Of a DNA stretch of 64,000 bases, positions 1-13,285 are shown one piece after another. Where the stretch lies: NCBI GenBank assembly GCA_951406725.2, contig OX597815.1:211234001-211298000 (forward strand). Reading direction: 5' to 3'. Under the pieces are notes generated by a model, which was given only the letters and a program-made list of their open reading frames with translations, did not search any database and was not told where the DNA came from. The DNA is from Octopus vulgaris (taxonomy: Eukaryota). The translations under genes and the position numbers were made by a program. Positions within the stretch are counted from its first letter, which is position 1. Each line of letters starts with the position of its first letter.

Positions 1-591
1 TGCTCGATTAAAGGCGGTGCTCCAGCATGGCCGCAGTCAAATGACTGAAACAAGTAGAAGAGTAAAGAGTAATACTCTTTTACTTCTTTCAGTCCTTTGA
101 CTGTGGCAATTATTCTACTGGTCTCATGCTGAACCACTAAGTTACAGGGATATAAACAAACCAATACCAGGGCTATAGTAGCTGATACTTACCCCAGGTG
201 CCATGCAATGGTACTGAACTTGAAACCATGTGGTTGTAAAATAAGTTTCCTAACCACACAGCCTTGCCCACACATAATAGATTTATTTCTAAAAATGTAC
301 ATTACTTCTTATAATAACAGTATTCTGGTTACCGATATTATGAAGAGCAATACCGTTAACATTACTACAACTACATTCGTACCAATTTTAACAAGAATCT
401 TGATATCATTTTCACCACTCTGATACCATGGTTAACACTGCTGTTAACAGAGTTCTTCTACTATCATGCCATCATTAACAATACTATGTGCTATACTTCT
501 AGCTCTATCAATTATACCATCACCCAACAATACCATTGACCCTTTAGCATTCAGATTACTCTATCAAATGCAATGCTTATTTACTCTTGCC

Positions 592-958
592 CTTTTTACT
601 CTTTTACTTGTTTCAGTCATTTGACTTCGGCCATGCTGGAGCACCGCCTTTTAGTCGAGCAAATCGACCCCAGGATTTATTCTTTGGAAGCCTAGTACTT
701 ATTCTATCAGACTCTTTTGCCAAAATGCTAAGTTACAGGAGTGTAAACACACCACCATCGGTTGTCAAGCGATGTTGGGGGGACAAACACAGACATACCA
801 ACATACACACACACACTCACATATATATACGACGGGTTTCTTTCAGTTTCTGTCTACCAAACCCACTCACAAGGCTTTGGTCAGCCTGAGGCTATAGTAG
901 AAGACACTTGCCCAAAGTGCCATGCAGTGGGACTGAACCCGGAACCATGTAGTTGGTA
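592..958 (-). mobile_element. SINE family A copy (others at ~1-70, 1360-1690, 7578-7962, 11880-12200, 24665-25055, 37318-37490, 43660-44290, 47224-47450, 56990-57520)
   Basis: Same head/body/tail sequence as 27903-28300; source of the recurring pseudo-ORFs 'YQIHSQGFGQPEAIVEDTCPRCHAVGLNPEPCGW'. Confidence 0.88.
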
Positions 959-2457
959 GGAAATATTTGTGAATAGTCAAGATATGTACCTTGTAAGTTC
1001 CTCATAAAGTATCTTTGGTATTCATTCTTACAAAACAAATGGCCTAACCCACAAAATACCTTTTGTCTTTAGACCAATTTATGTGCAGATGGCAATGATT
1101 CAGAAATGTTGCATTCTGTATCATTAGTCTTACACTCATGTTTTATTGTTTGTGTTCCCTCAACATACATTCAGAGCAGCTGGTTTTGAAAGAGTCCATT
1201 CAGCATTTTTATAGAGATTCAAGAGTCTGTTATTCAGTCTCATAGGGAAGTGTGTCTTGCGGGCAGTGTTTTTTGGTATCAGCATTTTTTAATTTGGTTA
1301 AACTCACTTTTGTCAGTTTTGAAAAAGTTGTGAATGCTAAATTTGTGAGTTCTGAAAGCATAGCTATTTGGTTAAGAAGTTCACTTTACTGCATAGATTT
1401 AGATTCAGTCCCACAACGCAACACGCCTTGGGCAAGTGTTTTCTATTATGCCTCAGGCAGACTAATGCTTTGTGAATGAATTTAGTTGATGGAACTTATG
1501 TGGTAGCCTTTCAAATGAGTATGTTTGCTTGACCCACACCATAGCTTGTAACTTAGTGGTTCAGTAAAAGAGACCAATAAAATAAGTACTGGACTTTAAA
1601 AATGAGTATTGAGGTTGATCTGTTCAACTAAAACCCTTGAAGGTGATTCCCCAGCATGGCTACAAATCAATGACCGAAGCAAGTAAGAAAAAAAAGATGT
1701 AGAGGATCATAGTCATACAAGTCAAGGTACATCTTTCAGCTTGGAATTAGAGATTGTAGCAATTCTGTATTCTTCAAGATTGACAAGCTGAGAGTTATTA
1801 TTCGTCTAACAATTTAAGAGATGGTGCTTAATATGTTTTGGTAAATTTAGCATCCATAGAAAAGAAAAAAAGTCCCCATTCTTAATCAAATTAGTGAAAG
1901 TTTTCATGTAATCACACCTGCTTGTAAAATTACAGTGAATTACTCAAAATATTTCTTCAGCAACAATCATTATGTTAAACGTTGATCACTGCATGTAAGA
2001 TTTGCTTCTTTACAGAAAAAAAATTATTAAGACGTTCTACTTTGTAACCAGTGTAAATACTAGTTGCTCGTCTATATTTAGGAAAGGAATTCTCTTTTCT
2101 GAAAAGAATAAGTTGGTATTCAATTTCTGCTAGGTTATGGAAAAGACTAATTTAGCTGACAATGTTGAAAATTACTCAGTTGTATTGAATCAATGAAAGG
2201 CATCTTACTTTGCTTTCTGTCCATCATCCATTCATTTTTACAAGAGATTTGCATGGAAAATTCCAGAGAAAAAAATGGATAGATAAAGCTGAAGTTCGCT
2301 CTGATAAAAGGAAATGAACACAGCATTGGTACCAGTGAGACCAGATAGACTTGCAGACACCAAAATGGAATCTTCAGCAGCTTTTCATATGTATGTTTAT
2401 GTGTGATATGAGAGAATCAGATAATTTATTTTGTTAAGGTTATTTCTACAGAAATTC

Positions 2458-3757
2458 TAATTTTGGTTTTGTCATATTGGTGTTTCCACACTCATTATCG
2501 ACCTCATACTACCCAAATACTGGACAAAACTCTCCTACAATAGAAATGTTAAGGAGTTTTATGGGAAACAAACCACCAGAGGAAATCAGAGGTTACGCTT
2601 TTGGCTTTAACATCAGATATAAATTATTTGAGATTTGTAGGTACGTGATATTTCATTATACAAACCCTATATACTATAAGGTATACTAATAAGTCAGTAC
2701 CACATTCCGTTGCATCTGCAGTGCTTTTACATTATTCTGTTAAGGTTATTTCTACAGATATTCTATAGAACTTACAGCCTGCACTGATTTTTGCTACCAC
2801 GTTTCTTATCGAGACATCAGATGTAAACAGATGTGATCGAAGACAAAAGTGGGCAATGAGTGTATATGCCATATTTCGGGATTTTTGCCCCTTGATCAGC
2901 ACTCATCAAACTCAATATTGCCTCCGAACACATTGCTTATATAGCCACCACATACAGTTATTGGATATACCTATTTACATATTAAATACATTACTGGGGT
3001 TGGTATGCAAACACTACCCAATTTTGCCTTCAACCACATTGTCTGTTTACATCTGACATCTTGATACTTAACATTGTAGCAAAAATCAGTGCAGGTTGAT
3101 ATTCTATAGAATATCTGTAGAAATAACCTTAACAAAATAATCAAAGAGCAGTGCAGATGCAACGGAATGTGGTACTGACTTATAAAAACATTTAGTATAC
3201 CTTATAGTATATAAGTTAAAGTTGAGACAGTGTCACGTGACAACTAGCTGGAGCTGCCTGCTGGAGCCTAGCAGCAGGTATTTAAAGGGAAATTTCACAA
3301 GATAGTCAGTCACCCGGTGACACTCGTTCATGCTGCATCGAAGAGGCCAGGGAACAGAAGAAGGAAGACATGCACCCAACACCAGAGCTGAAAACACCTC
3401 CAAAAGTGGGGGGGCCCACCACGTCAAAATGGTAGAGGAGTAGGGGCCGAAACCAGACATGGTTCCTTGGGATGATGTCTTTAGCTAACTGGATCCTATA
3501 AAGGAGCTGTTGTGGTAGCAGACCATGAAACACGGTTGAAATTCCTAGGGTTTGTATAACGAAATATCACGTACCTACAAATCTCAAATAATTTATATCT
3601 GATGTTAAAGCCAAAAGCGTAACCTTCGATTTCCTCTGGTGGTTTGTTTCCCATAAAACTCCTTAACATTTCTATAGTAGGAGAGCTTTGTCCAGTATTT
3701 GGGTAGTATGAGGTTGATAATGAGTGTGGAAACACCAATATGACAAAACCAAAATTA
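2458..3757. repeat. Long inverted repeat with a 330-bp GC-rich segment present in one arm only
   Basis: 2458-2669 pairs with 3546-3757 (mirror ORFs 2477..2689+ and 3496..3786-); 2669-2872 pairs with 3000-3213; 3214-3545 is unpaired. Confidence 0.85.
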
Positions 3758-4587
3758 TGCATTTCAATTAGGCTAAAGTATGTCAACCGCTATTATTTAC
3801 TGAACATTGACATCCTCGTAAACATAACTCATAAGTCATCTTCAATTTACAAAGTTAATCACCTCAGCACCTTAGGTCACAGAACTTGCGAGCTTCTATC
3901 TAATTAGGGAGATGTCTAGTTTGATTCCCATTTATTACAACTGTATTTTCAGTTTCCTACTCTACAGATGGAAGTTAATATTAGTTACATAATTTCATAA
4001 TTTTGAATACATAATTTAACACACGCATGAACATACTGGTATATATTTGAAACAGTAATTCATCTATGCAAATCTGGTTAAATTCACAACTTGAAAACTT
4101 TTAAGCAATTTTGTATTAAGCCACTTATAATTTCAAATGACTCTCTAGGTTATTGAACAATGGAGATTCATTGGTCCAGGGTGACTTTGTCTGACAATAA
4201 CAACGATGTCGAACCACTAAGTGTCCCAAAATCTCCTCACACTCATAAATCTAATGTGTTAAGACCACCGATTTATCTTAAAGGTGAAGTTGTTCTCCAA
4301 GAGGGAAACACAACAGCAATTAGCATATTCAAGTTTGAATCTGTCAGAATGCATTAAGAATGAATATGCAAATAAATATGATTCTCACTGTTCCTCATGC
4401 ATATAATGATATAGTATTGGTTGGCAGATATCAGCATGCCTCAACAAATAATTTGTTTGCTATGGTTATAAAGAACAGTCACAAACTCTTTTAGATTCAT
4501 TAGTCAGGTGTTCAATGACTGATGAACTACAACTATATCAAAACACCTGATGTCCCAAAGTCCATTTATGCTGATGAATCAACTGTG

Positions 4588-4636
<49 letters not shown>

Positions 4637-4742
4637 CTAGGGGTGTATGAAAAGTCTTGAGCCTCAAAGAAAACAAACATGGTACAAGACTTCTAATAAA
4701 GGTACAAGACTTCAAGGCCCAAAACTTTTCATACACCCCTCA
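4637..4742. mobile_element. Tc1/mariner-type MITE
   Basis: TIRs AGGGGTGTATGAAAAGTCTTGAGCCT / AGGCCCAAAACTTTTCATACACCCCT, inserted in TA-rich sequence. Confidence 0.75.
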
Positions 4743-4796
4743 TGTGTGTATGTGTGTATATATATGAAAATGTATTTATAACTTCAACAAACAAAC

Positions 4797-4856
<60 letters not shown>

Positions 4857-4858
<2 letters not shown>

Positions 4859-5476
4859 AGGCACAATGGTCCAGTGGTTAGGGCAGCGGACTCACGGTCG
4901 TAGGATTGCGGTTTCGATTCCCAGACCGGGCGTTGTGTGTGTTTATTGAGCGAAAACACCTAAAAGCTCCACGAGGCACCGGCAGGGGGTGGTGATCCCT
5001 GCTGTACTCCTCCACCACCCTTCCTCTCACTCTTTCTTCTGTTGGCCTGCTCGCTTAGCCAGCAGGGTGGCGTCATTCAAAGTCTAAAACAATGCCAACG
5101 CATTGTGACCAGCGATGTGTAGCAATATCTGATGGTCTGGTCGGTCACGTGATATATATACATATATATATAGATATATATGTGGAGGTGCAATGGCCCA
5201 GCGGACTCGTATTTGTAGGATCGTGGTTTCGATTTCCAAACCAGGCATTGTGAGTGTTTATTGAGCGAAAACACCTAAAGCTCCACGAGGCTCCGGCAGT
5301 GGGGGGTGATCCCTGCTGTACTCTTTCTCCACAACTTTCTTTCACTCTTTCTTCTGTTGGCCTGCTCGCTTAGCCAGCGGGGTGGCATCATTTGAAGGCT
5401 AAAACAATGCAAAGCGCATTGTGACCAGCGATGTGTAGCAACATCTGATAGTCAGATTGGTCACGGTCACGGTGAT
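4857..5476 (+). mobile_element. Two tandem copies of tRNA-derived SINE family C (partial reverse copy at 10850-10963)
   Basis: GGAGGCACAATGGTCCAGTGGTTAGGGCAGCGGACTC..GGTTTCGATTCCC tRNA-like head repeated at 4857 and 5184. Confidence 0.85.
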
Positions 5477-8400
5477 ATATGATATATATATATATATATA
5501 TACATGTACATATACATGAAGATGTGTTTATAGCTTCAACAAACAAATATTTATTTACATATATCAATGATAAATCATAGGAAATGGATTGAGCAACATT
5601 ATTTAAAATCACTACAATTGTTTCAACACATTTTTACACTCATAGTATATTGGTAAGATGATATGAATAACATATTTTGTAATCTCAGTCATCCATCAAA
5701 GAAGCATATCTTACACTTTTAATGTAATAGGGATTATACAATATCATATATATCATCTCACCAATGTATTATGTCTGTTAAAATGTGTCGAAACAATTGT
5801 AAAGATTTTAAATAAAGAATGTTGTTCAATTTATTTTGTATTATTTATCTATTTATATTAACTTTGTGGATGTTATAGAATTCCTGGTGTAGCAAGAGAA
5901 TTTTCACTGTATGATAACATCTGGAAGTCAATAATTATGGATAAGCTTTGCAAGGTTTTTACCTGAATCTTTTTAACTATATATAAAGATGTGTACTTTG
6001 TTTCAAGATGCTCCTTTATGCTAATACATGAGATTTTGTCTTGGACATTAAAACATTTTTCCTCTATAGATCTAGTGTGTAAAAATACATCAAACCAAAC
6101 TCCAAGTGGCATCAGAAGACCACCAGATATGGTGTTTTGGTGTGATTTTGCCTTTTCAGTAGCAGACATTGCCTTGGTCATTTGGAGCGAAACCAGAACT
6201 TTTGCTCTTATCTCGAAAGCAGAGAACAATATATCAATTGCTGTGTGCTGAAGTCTGTTAAGCTAGAATTAATTTATGTTCACAATGGACATGCGTAGGC
6301 TTGAAAGAAATTAAGCTAGCATGATCCGCTGGATATGTAATGTCAGTATGCATGCATGACAGAGTGTAAGCACTCTGAGTGAAATGCGAAGACCCGACAA
6401 ATGAAGTGAGCTCATGGCTCGCAGGACGGCCTGCTGTGCTAACCTTGGATCGTAGGGTGACCCGTTGTGCTTGAGGAGACCTATTGAATCAAGTACATCA
6501 ACATCAAAATAAAAATCAAATGGAATTTGTAGTTGTGATACCCGTGCCGGTGGCACATAAAAAGCACCATCCGAATGTGGCCTGACTGGCATCCATGTCA
6601 GTGACACATAAAAAGCACCAACCGATCATGGCCGTTTGCCAGCCTCCTCTGGCCCCTGTGCTGGTGGCATGTAAAAAGCACCCACTACACTCACGGAGTG
6701 GTTGGCGTTAAGAAGGGCATCCAGTTGTAGAGACACTGCCAGATCAGACTGGAGCCTGGCACAGCCGCCTGGTTTCCCAGACCTCGGTCAAACCGTCCAA
6801 CCCATGCTAGCATGGAAAACGGACATTAAACGATGATGATGATGAATGCAGTAGGAATCAAAATAAAGAGTAAAACACAGTTTTAACATGCTCCTGTACA
6901 CTGGAACCTGAAAAGTATTCACTGCAGGACTTTGTCTTGCAGGGAACAATATTGGTTCTATAGACTAGACTTTGCATGTAAAAGCACATCAAGCAGAATA
7001 TCTTCTACTGAAGAGGTGAAATCATGCTGAAATATTCCATCTGATGGTCTATTTATGTCAGTGGAAGCTGATGTGTTTTTACCCATAAAATTTATAAAGA
7101 AATTTTTTCTCTTTGAGATAAAATAGTGCTGATTGTTAACTGTGGAGGGAACCTGTAGAAGAGGTAGACCCAAGAAGACATGGGATGAGGGGGTGAAGCA
7201 TGATCTTTGAATGTTGGGAGGTGATGACAAGTGACTGAGACCTTGGTGATATGCTGTACTTTAGAAGACTCTTTAAGCCAAGCAAAGCTGCAGTTGTGGT
7301 CGTTGCCAGAGTCATGTAAATGGCACCCATGAAATCCTTGTCATGGCTTTTACAGGCATCAGGTAAATGGTACTCATGCCAGATGCATGTAAAAAGCACC
7401 CATTACACTCTCGGGGTGGTTGGTATTAGAAAGGGCATCCAGCCATAGAAACCATGCCAAATCAGAGTGGAACCTGGCAGAGCACTTCAGCTTACCAGTT
7501 CCAGTGAAACCATCTAACTTATGCACGGATGGAAAGTGGACATTAAATGATGATGACGATGTTGATGATAATGATGAGTGTGGTAAGTGGCTTGCTTACC
7601 AACCACATGGTTCTGGGTTCAGTCCCACTGTGTGGCACCTTGGGCAAGTGTCTTCTACTATAGCCTCGGGCTGACCAAAGCCTTGTGAGTGGATTTGGTA
7701 GACGGAAACTGAAAGAAGCCTGTCGTATATATGTATATATATATGTATGTGTGTGTTTGTGTGTCTGTCCCCCAATATCGCTTGACAACTGATGCTGGTG
7801 TGTGTACGTCCACGCAACTTAGTGGTTCGGCAAAACAGACCGATAGAATAAGTACTAGGCTTACAAAGAATAAGTCCTGGGGTCGATTTGCTCAACAAAA
7901 AGGCAGTGCTCCAGCATGGCCGCAGTCAAGTGACTGAAATAAGTAAAGGAGTAGAAAGAGTAATGCATTTCAGCATCTCATGTTCTTGTGTTCAGGAGTA
8001 TGATAAAAGATATGTATACATCTTTCTTTTGATACTTGCACTTTTGTACACATACACTGTGTGTGTGTGTGTGCGCGTGTGTATGTGTGAGTGCGTGCGC
8101 GTGTGTATGTGTGAGTGCGTGTGTGTGTGTGTGTTGCGTGTGTGTGTGTGTGTGTGTGTATTAGCATGGTTGTGTGCTTGAGAAGCTTTCTTCTCCACTG
8201 TGTGCTCTTTTGTTCCGTCCAACTATGTGGACCCCGTGGGAAAATGTCTTCTTGGCCAACCAAAGCCTTGTAAGTGGATACAGTAGACAGGAACTGAAAG
8301 AAGCCTATCATGTGTATATGCATATACACTCGCACACACACACACACACACACATACATACACATGCACACACACGCACATACATAAACATATATACACA

Positions 8401-8965
8401 TGCACACACATGTACATGCGCGCACGCACACACACACACATATGATGGAAGGTATTTGAAAGGTGGTGAGCTGGCAGAACCGTTAGCACACCAGGCGAAA
8501 TACTTAGCGTTATTTCGTCTGTCGTTACTGAGTTCAAATTCCGCCGAGGTCGACTTAGCCTTTCATCCTCTCAGGGTCGATTAAATAAGTACCAGTTACA
8601 CACTGGGGTCGATGTAATCAACTTAATCCCTTTGTCTGTCCTTGTTTGGCCCCTCTGTGTGTTGCCCCTTGTGGGCAGTAAAGAAATAGGTATTTGTATG
8701 TAACCTAGTCCAGACATTAGATGATGGTTGTAAGCAGCAGCATCATCATACAATCAAATTTGTTCATTTCTAGTCTTCTACAAAAACATGTCTGGCCATG
8801 GGAAAATATTGCCTTGCTTGGAAACAGGTGAGAGTTGGTAACAGGAAGGTAATCAGGTGGTAGAAAATCTGCCTCAAAAATTTCGTCTAACCCATGCAAG
8901 AACGGAAAACTGAACATTATATGATCACAATGTGTGTGTTTAAATAATTTGATGTCCATCCATAT

Positions 8966-9159
8966 CAGGAGCATATATTCCGGGTGTGTTAGGTGTGCAC
9001 TTCACACCCATTGAAAATGGCAAATTCATTATAAATATTAACCTTGCTCATTAATTTAATCACAAATGTTAATGTAAAACTTTTGTTATCTCCCTGCTTG
9101 AAATTTGGTGACATTGGGTGTAGCAGTACACCCAATACAGTGACCACCATACACCACTG
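8966..9159. mobile_element. Decayed hAT-type MITE
   Basis: Ends CAGGAGCATA / TACACCACTG; 8-bp TSD ATCCATAT / ATCCATGT. Confidence 0.6.
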
Positions 9160-9285
9160 ATCCATGTGTGCAAGTGTGTGTATGTGTGGACATTTACAGG
9201 TCTATTTAAATTATAGCTAACTACACACACACACACATATACAATGTGTGTGTATATGTACAAAGATGCATACATTCATACATAT

Positions 9286-9682
9286 ACTCTTTACTCTTTT
9301 ACTTGTTTCAGTCATTTGACTGTGGCCATGTTGGAGCACCGCCTTTTAATCGACAACTCGACCCCGGGACTTATTCTTTTGTAAGCCCAGTACCTATTCT
9401 ATCGTTCTCTTTTGCCGAACCGCTAAGTTACAGGGACATAAACACACCAGCATCGGTTGTCAAGCAATGTTAGGGGACAAACACAGACACACAAACACAC
9501 ACACGCATATACATATATACGACGGGCTTCTTTCAGTTTCCGTTTACCAAATCCACTCACAAGGCATTGGTCGGCCCGGGGCTATAGCAGAAGACACTTG
9601 CCCAAGGTGCCACGCAGTGGGACTGAACCCGGAACCATGTGGTTGGTAGACAAGCTACTTACCACACAGCCACTCCTGCGCC
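9286..9682 (-). mobile_element. SINE family A copy
   Basis: Full-length reverse copy. Confidence 0.9.
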
Positions 9683-10366
9683 TATATACGTATATATAGA
9701 GAGGAAGCAGTATTAAAGTCTCCTGCTATTTATTTTCACATAACCCAAATATATGAAGAAATGGAAATTGAAAAATTGTCAAACAGTACAAATCCCACGA
9801 TGCACTCAATCAAGCTCTTTTCTTCTTTTTTTTTTTCGCTCCCCCCCTCCTTTCTGCAGCCATCCTCACAAAATTACCACATCGAATCACATTATCAGAA
9901 TGGCACAAATCTCTTCATATAACCTACTTTTATATATATTTCATACCTATCCACCTCCTCTGCCACCACCTCTATTCTGTTTCATTCTGACACACAATAT
10001 TCAGTTCCCCCCCCCCCGTTTACATTCTGTTTTCTAAAATAACCATCAACAGATTTTAATTAAAAACCAAACTAGAAGCCTAATTGCATATAACTTAGAA
10101 GGTTTCTTTAAACACAGTAATACTTTCAAGAGAATATACATTTCTCTTTTTTTTATTGCACCATTTAAACTATCACTATAATATTTCTCTCTCTGTCTCT
10201 GTCTCGCTCTCTCTCTCTTTCTTCTTGCTTGCAGGCATACATGCATATAAGAAAAACATGCGTGGGTATGTTTCCTTAAGACTTGAACACATGAATATCA
10301 ACATGAAGCACAGCCTTCATACTTTGAAGGTTATATGTTTGCCATCCAAAAGAAACAGAACGTACG

Positions 10367-10404
<38 letters not shown>

Positions 10405-10416
10405 TGCATACATACA

Positions 10417-10846
10417 TTATTATTATAGCTGCCCCCTCGTTATCGAGTATGGCCATTGCACGAAGCTTAACTGTTACCGGTGCTGTGACCGAATGTGACT
10501 TTTTAGCCCAGCTAAAGATCTACGATATCTTGTACAAAATTGGCAACTAAGACCTTTACTGGTAATAGCCGGCTGTAGTTGTAACTGGGCTTTATGTACC
10601 TTTGCATGTCGTTTAAGTCCTCCTGCCGAATTACACTCTCTTCCACATGCCTGACAGATATGATTAATATGGTGTGTTACACCACCACCAATGGCCAGGT
10701 TGTCACTCATCTGTCTCGTTTTATGACTACGAAGATGACTCATGAGTCCAGCTTTACTGAGGCAGGGTCTTGCACAGACATTGCATGTCAGAATCAAAGG
10801 AAGACCCTTCCCTTCTGGAAGTGTAACAGCAATGCCCTTTATTATC
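10417..10846 (-). mobile_element. RTE-like LINE 3' end encoding three C2H2 zinc-finger-like motifs
   Basis: CNVCARPCLSKAGLMSHLRSH, CQACGRECNSAGGLKRHAKVH, CQFCTRYRRSLAGLKSHIRSQH, then stop, short UTR and (TAA)n tail; no TGEKP linkers. Confidence 0.7.
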
Positions 10847-11215
10847 GTGAAGCTTTTAGGTGTTTTCGCTCAATAAACACTCACAACGCCCGGTCTGGGA
10901 ATCGAAACCGCGATCCTACGACCGCGAGTCCGCTGCCCTAACCACTGGGCCATTGCGCCTCCATGAATAAGTAAGTACTAATCACACACTGGTGTAACAG
11001 TACAAATAAACACAACCCTTTCTTATAGATTTGTGTATTTTACATCAATGCAGAAAATTATTATTCATTATTCTTAATCTAAAACTCATAAATCTTTGAA
11101 AGTTTAATTCTCTTATATTTGAAAATATAGTGACTAACTGTATTTTTCTTAAAGCAACATATACATACAGTTATGCATGCATATATATACACATGCACAT
11201 ACACATGTGTGTGTG

Positions 11216-11261
<46 letters not shown>

Positions 11262-13285
11262 CCATCATCATCGTTTAATGTCTGCTTTCCATGCTAGCAC
11301 GGGTTGGACGACTTGACTGAGATCTGGTGAACCAGATGGCTGCACCAGACTCCAATCTTGATCTGGCAGAGTTTCTACAGCTGGATGCCCTTCCTAATGC
11401 CATCCACTCTGAGAGTGTAGTGGGTGCTTTTACGTACCACCAGCTCGTGGGCCAGTCAGGTAATACTGGCAATGGCCACACTCAAATGCTGATTTTTACG
11501 TGCCACCTGCACAGGAGCCAGTCCAGCGGCACTGGCAACGACCTCACTTGAATGTTTTTTTCACGTGCCAGTAAGGCGACACTGGTAATGATCACGCTCG
11601 AATGGTGGTTTTTATGTGCCACCAGCATGGAAGCCAGTTAGCCGCTCTGGCAATGATGACGCTCGGATGGTGCTCTTAGCACTCCACTAGCACGGATGCT
11701 AGTCATCAAATTTGATTTCACTTGCCTCAACAGGTCTTCGCAAGCAGAGTTTAGTGTCCAATGAAGGAAAGGTATGAATAAGAGGGTTGGTTACCCCCCT
11801 AGCATAGGCCACGACTTTATATATATACACACATACATATATATACATACACAGACACATTTGTATGTATGTATGAATTTTATTTTTTATTTGTTACAAT
11901 CATTAGACTGTTGCTATGCTGAAGCAGTGCCCTGAAGAACTCTAGTCAAAAAAATAATCAACTCTAGTACTTTTTTTTTCTTTCTTTTAAGCCTGACCTC
12001 ATGGCAAACCATTTCATTACAGCACCAGTTGTCAAGAGGTGGTGGTGAACAAACACCACCAAAAAAGAGATACACACACACACACACATCTATAACAGGT
12101 CTCTCTTTTCAGTTTCCAGCAACAAAATCCACTCAAGGCTTTGGTCGACCTGAGACATAGAAGAAGACACTTGCCCAAGGTGCCATGCAGTGGGACTGAA
12201 ATATGTATGTATGTATGTATGTATGTGTGAATGTATACATGCTTATATACAGAAAGATAAGAAAGAAAGGGTGTATTCCCTATATTCTTTGCTGGTCAGG
12301 TTGAATATGGAATTATAAAGTATAGCTGTTAGAATACAAAATATGTTGAAAGAAAACCAAGTAATAAATAAATAAATATATAAATAAAATTTATGGTGTT
12401 GAAGTCAATCAGATGAACATTCATTTACATATAAAGATTTCTAAATATTCTCTCTCTGTTTCTGTGTGTATGCCACCATGTATGTGTGTGTTAAGTGCAA
12501 TAACCACGTGCCCAAGGATGCTTGACTCTTGCTCTCAAACTATCAGTTCTGACCTGGCAGCAGCTCTTGTGTTGCTTCCCAGTTCATATTTCATATTACA
12601 TAAGTTAGTGCCAAGAATATCAAATAAATATATAGGAAAATCACATGTTCATCTATTGAAACATTCATTGATTGATACATAATAACATGTAACTTAATGT
12701 GTCTGTGTGAGAGTGTGTGTGCGTGCATGCAGTAGGCATTTGTGTGTGCGTGTGTGTGTGTGTTATAAGCTAATACCTATAAATATACTTCTTATTAACA
12801 AGGAAATTACAGTTGAATATATTGTGTTTACTGGGTGCAGTTTATATATTTATCCATTATACCATAAAATAAAGTTTTAGGTTTTGGTTAAATGAAAGTT
12901 TACAGGTTCATTGTTATATTTATTGACAATATTTTACATATATTTACAATGCAAAATGGCCACTCTTTGCTTTCACCATAGGCCTCGATTCTTTACACCA
13001 ACCATTTTCGATGCTACAATGTGTCTACATTTTACTTGAGTCGCCTGATTTAATTAAGGGTAAACATTGAAACAAAAGAATGTTGGAAAGCATTAAACCA
13101 TGTTTGCCACTATTTTTGTGAATCAGAGTGTTTCAATCTATGTTTAAATCAGGAGTAAATTATTATGTTTGAATAATGGTTAAATGGATATGCTGCACCT
13201 GCGAAAGCAATCATTGATAATCAAATAAAAAAAATGACTGACGAACCTAAAACTGTTATGTGATACGACACAATTTTGAAACCAT

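Noticed and set aside
587-959. Recurring ORFs such as 'QIHSQGFGQPEAIVEDTCPRCHAVGLNPEPCGW' and 'FLQLDALPNANHS'
   Set aside because: Translations of SINE A and the RTE 3' UTR, repeated throughout the window with frameshifts.
4857-4930. tRNA-like sequence
   Set aside because: It is the head of a SINE, continuing into the SINE body and present in several decayed copies; not called as a tRNA gene.
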